This document shows, piece by piece, positions 60,211 through 64,000 of a DNA stretch of 64,000 bases. Positions within the stretch are counted from its first letter, which is position 1. Each line of letters begins with the position of its first letter. The stretch lies in assembly GCA_951804945.1 (NCBI GenBank), contig OX638150.1, positions 35,464,001 through 35,528,000 of the forward strand. The letters run 5' to 3'. Below the pieces are notes generated by a model, which did no database searches, was not told the origin of the DNA, and was given only the letters and a program-made list of their open reading frames with translations. Origin of the DNA: Podarcis cretensis. Taxonomy: Eukaryota. The position numbers and the translations under genes were made by a program.

Positions 60211-60906
60211 TTATGCCAAAGACCTGTGATGGGAGTGCCGCTACTTCATTTACTCATAAGTGTTCTGGAGGTCAAGTCTGTGGAAGATAACAATTTTGCA
60301 GGGAGGTGACAAGTGTGAGATGCCCCAAACTGGCCTTTCTACTACATATTTTATAACCAACAGAATGGCGCATGAAATCAAAAGTAAATGTAAAGTGGCA
60401 AAAAAATAACTTCACATATATACTGATAGAATTCTAAACTGACCTGGGACTCAAACTTGCCGTCATAATGGATGGCACAATAAAAATGGCATAGCTGTGT
60501 AGGAATGAAGATTCCATGCTGGGCCCAGTTTGGAAATGGCCTGAAAATGGCCAATATAATAATGTCTTTCTTAAAACCAAGGTCAACCACCTCTAGACTA
60601 CTACATGCATGTTCTGGTCATGCCAACTCAACAAGGACATCACAAAGCTAGAAAAGAGGCAGAGAAGTACAGTCAATATGATCAAGCAATGAAAACGCCT
60701 TCCCAATTAAGAAAGGCTAAAGTGTTTGGGGTTATTAACGTAAGGAAAGAGATGACATGGAGAAAATAGGATATCAAAGGGTGCAATGGGTAGAAGGTTA
60801 GAGAGCATTTCCTCCCCTCTCCCTTTCATACTGTACTGGAGCTCAGGTTACCCACTGAAACTGATAAAGGAATAGATTCACAACAGCCAACAGGACTTCC
60901 TACAGC

Positions 60907-61547
60907 TAGGCCTGGGCGATATATGAGGAGCAAACCGCGATGTCGGTTCCACTGAGCGGTATATCGCTGGTGAAACTGCCACCGCTCCTGAGTCCGTCTG
61001 CTATCAGCATCTGCTGGAGGGAGTCAAGAGTTCGTCCAGTGGGCACTGCTTAGCAGAGGGACTCTGAAGCGGTGGTGGTTTCACCAGCGATATACCGCTC
61101 AGTGGAACTGACATCGCGGTCTGCTCCTCATACAATGCAGAGAGAGAAACAAGCTGTATTTGCGAGGCGCCGATACAGCTTGTTCCTCCCTCTGCATCTT
61201 TAAACTGTTCAACTGAGGAGTTTATAGCTGCTCTTGCCTCAGCCGAGCAGTTAGAGCCCCGATGCTGTGCCCCATTCACCTGTGAGCGGCAAGAGCGCAG
61301 GGGCTGTCTCAGCTGGGGAGGGAGAAACTTTCCCAAGCCCCAGCTGAGCTGCACAAACTGTGTTGTCCCAGCCCATGAGCGTCTGGGTGAAACCGCATCA
61401 GTTCCCAAGGTGAGAGCTGGGGCACTTTCACCAGGTGCCTCATGGGCAGAGGCCAATGCAGCTTGCTTTTCAGCATCTCGGTATATCACCACGATGTTTG
61501 GCTGGCGATAAAGCGCAATTTTGAAAAGCTGATGTTGCCCAACCCTA
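60907..61547. mobile_element. hAT (Ac-like) non-autonomous element
   Basis: TIRs TAGGCCTGGGCGATAT / ATGTTGCCCAACCCTA; perfect 8-bp TSD CCTACAGC at 60899-60906 and 61548-61555. Confidence 0.85.
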
Positions 61548-64000
61548 CCTACAGCACATGATTTATGGCACTTGAGCCACAAAATGTGCTGGCCCTTTGG
61601 TTGAATGGTTTTAATGAATTTATGGAGGCCATGTTTAGCAGCAGCCACTGTAGTCATGATGTGTATGATGGCTAAACAAAACTCCCAGGTTCAGAAGTAG
61701 TATACTGTCCTCTCAATTTTTTATTCATACAGCCACAAACCTGCACAATCTCTATGAAATAGGGATTTGGCGACACACACACAAAAGGAAACCTGATTAT
61801 CTGGGTTATCCAATTGCTGGTTCCACCCTGAGTAATTATTTTAAATGTTCCCAGTGACAAAAGTTAGAGCAGCCCATAGACTGGAATTGGGCACAAGTGT
61901 CTCCACCACCACACCAGCAACACTCCAAATGCAGGGTGGATCCAATACAGCCAATGAAGACTGAGCATGTTCCAGTGGGCTTGAAATGGTTTTAAAAGAG
62001 TGAATGGTTGGGGTAGGGCAGTCAGGGGAGGGAATGGAGTAACTGGAACACTGAACAGAAGTGCCACATTCTGTTGCACTGCCACACTTCTTAGTTACAC
62101 TTCCATTTGCAGAATTGGAGGGGGAGGCAAACAGTAAGGGAGAGCTGTTGCTTTCACACCCTGCTATGGGTTGTGCAAAACATCTTGTTGTCCATTTTTG
62201 GTACCAGGATGCTTAAAGGAGGAAGCTCTTGCTTTGAATCAATGCAGGACTTATGCTACATCCCTTCCTCCTGCAACTACCCTAGCTGTCTCTGCCAAGG
62301 TTGCTTCTACAGGCCTTTTCAAAAGGAAATGAGATTACTTCATATTCCGTTTCCCTCCCTGCTGTCAGTGCCACAGAATGCTACTGTCCCCTTCTTACAC
62401 TGTATTCACCAATTTAAACTGGAACACATTATAGAATAAGTGGTGTATAGTATGCCAATAAGTCTCCTGAGGTACACTGGAGGAAAACACACCGTTTAGC
62501 TTAAAAAAAAATCTTGAATTTTTTTGGGGGGGCGGGGTTAGTAGATAAGACATCCAGCAGCTGTGCTCTATATAGAGGATGCTCTCAGGTTTTCTCTCCT
62601 CTGCAAAGGCTGTGTAGTAAGTGACAGGCATTAAAGCACTACATATTTAAGATGCTCAAAAATGCCTCCACAAGAGCCTGTCCACTCAGCTCTACCCTCA
62701 GGAATGTATGCACATACACACAGTTGTAAAAATAGGAAACGCTTTTGCTTGCTCAGAGCTCACCCCGCCCAAACTAAACGAGAGCCTGGCTTGGTTTCTT
62801 TCACAGCCTTTAGCCTTTAGCTGCTAATGTGACAGAAATAGCATGCCTTAGCCTCACATAATCCTTTAGTTGTCCTTTTCACTTACAGGAAAGCAATTCC
62901 TCTTGATGGAAGAGGAAACCAGCTGAGAACTACAGTCTACTGAGCAAATTTCTCGTTGCACAGAAACCTTGGCTATATCTACCACCACAACACTGACAAC
63001 GATCTGCTCTAGGCTTTAGGAAAAACAGGAAAACTTAAGTTGTAGAGCAGGAGTGGGGATGGAATCTGTGGCCCTTCAGATGTCAGACTCCCAACTTGCA
63101 ACCAGCTTGGCCAATGCTATGGATGATGGGAATTGGGGTCCAGGTTCCCCATCCTTACTATAAAGACCTGGCCTCACTGGCAGTGGAAACACCTGACTGC
63201 AAAGGAGTGGAGTGGGGGGGAACAAGTCGCAAATGCTCAGAAATTGAGGGAATGCTTCCTGCAGTGCTATGATCAAAACTTACGTTAGGCTGTCTTTAGG
63301 TTTACCTGTAGGTCAGGGTTCAAAGTAACACTTCACAAGCCTTACTGCCGAAATGGAGGTGAAATTCTAACCGTGGTGGTGGTGACTGCAGTCTTATGCT
63401 CCCATCAATCCATCAAAGCCAAGCACAGCTTACAGGTATAAACAACAACACTGTTCATAGAATATGCGGCTTTTCTTTTCAATTAAATCCTCCCCTGCTT
63501 TAAAACGCAAGAGTTTCCACTCCCCAGCAACATCTGTGCCTTCTTTGTGATAATCAGAATTGTGCCCTGGAGATGAGTGGGCATAGAATCCATCACAGCG
63601 TACAGCCAGCGGCTCTTCCATTTAATTCCTTTTTAAGTCAGTGATGCTTAAATCAGAAGGAAGTGCCAGTTCCTGTAGCAGAGATTAGTGATCGCAGGTC
63701 TGGGGTGTTTGTTTTTTTTTAACTCACCAAAAGCTGCTCTCCCACCCCCACCCCACCCTTTGGCTTTCTGGTGTACCAGGCTGCCTGCTTTCCATGCCAT
63801 CTGGCGAACAGAGTAAAGCATTTCCTGGGGGAAATCCACAAGGGGCACATTACAAGCTTTGCCGGCCAAGCAGGCTCTTTCTCAGTCCTCGTGTGCACGC
63901 ATGCGTGCCAATTGTGCGCATGTGTTTGCTCGCAGCATCCCTTAGCCTGCAGTATGAAAATCAAATAGTACCACGTTTTCCATTTTTCTTAAAATAAAAT

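Noticed and set aside
61004-61657. 217-aa minus-strand ORF
   Set aside because: It crosses the boundary of a non-autonomous hAT element and its palindrome, with no transposase motifs.
55000-64000. UNC13D terminal exons expected from mammalian synteny
   Set aside because: No C2-domain or UNC13D-like peptide was recognised in any frame; minus-strand AATAAA (e.g. ~61720) alone is insufficient.

Overview
Vertebrate (squamate, most likely lacertid lizard, judged from the Sauria SINE, Squam3-like SINE, BovB, CR1, L2 and Penelope content) genomic window. It holds the complete replacement-histone gene H3-3B/H3F3B (minus strand, CDS 798-1606, 136 aa, TATA/multi-CCAAT promoter at ~2250-2500). Head-to-head with it lies the complete UNK gene (Unkempt CCCH zinc-finger/RING RNA-binding protein; plus strand, 16 core coding exons 6708-50945 joining to 2430 nt = 809 aa + stop, long 3'UTR to ~54.9 kb). 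Introns and the downstream region are dense in transposons, many with readable TIRs and TSDs. The most notable extras are: (1) a solo LTR (TGTTA...TAACA, 5-bp TSD) whose minus strand carries a decayed ~135-codon frame with an acidic/Trp-rich N-terminus and a CpG-eroded RRRSLRL C-terminal motif resembling nucleosome acidic-patch binders; (2) two in-frame candidate UNK cassette exons (27 nt with an SRRM4-type UGC, and 48 nt starting with a recursive-splice-like AG|GT); (3) a Penelope-derived minimal hammerhead ribozyme in sense orientation inside a UNK intron; (4) a ~211-bp near-perfect fold-back inside a hAT MITE. A 166-N gap lies at 211-376. All calls were made by eye, with no database searches.
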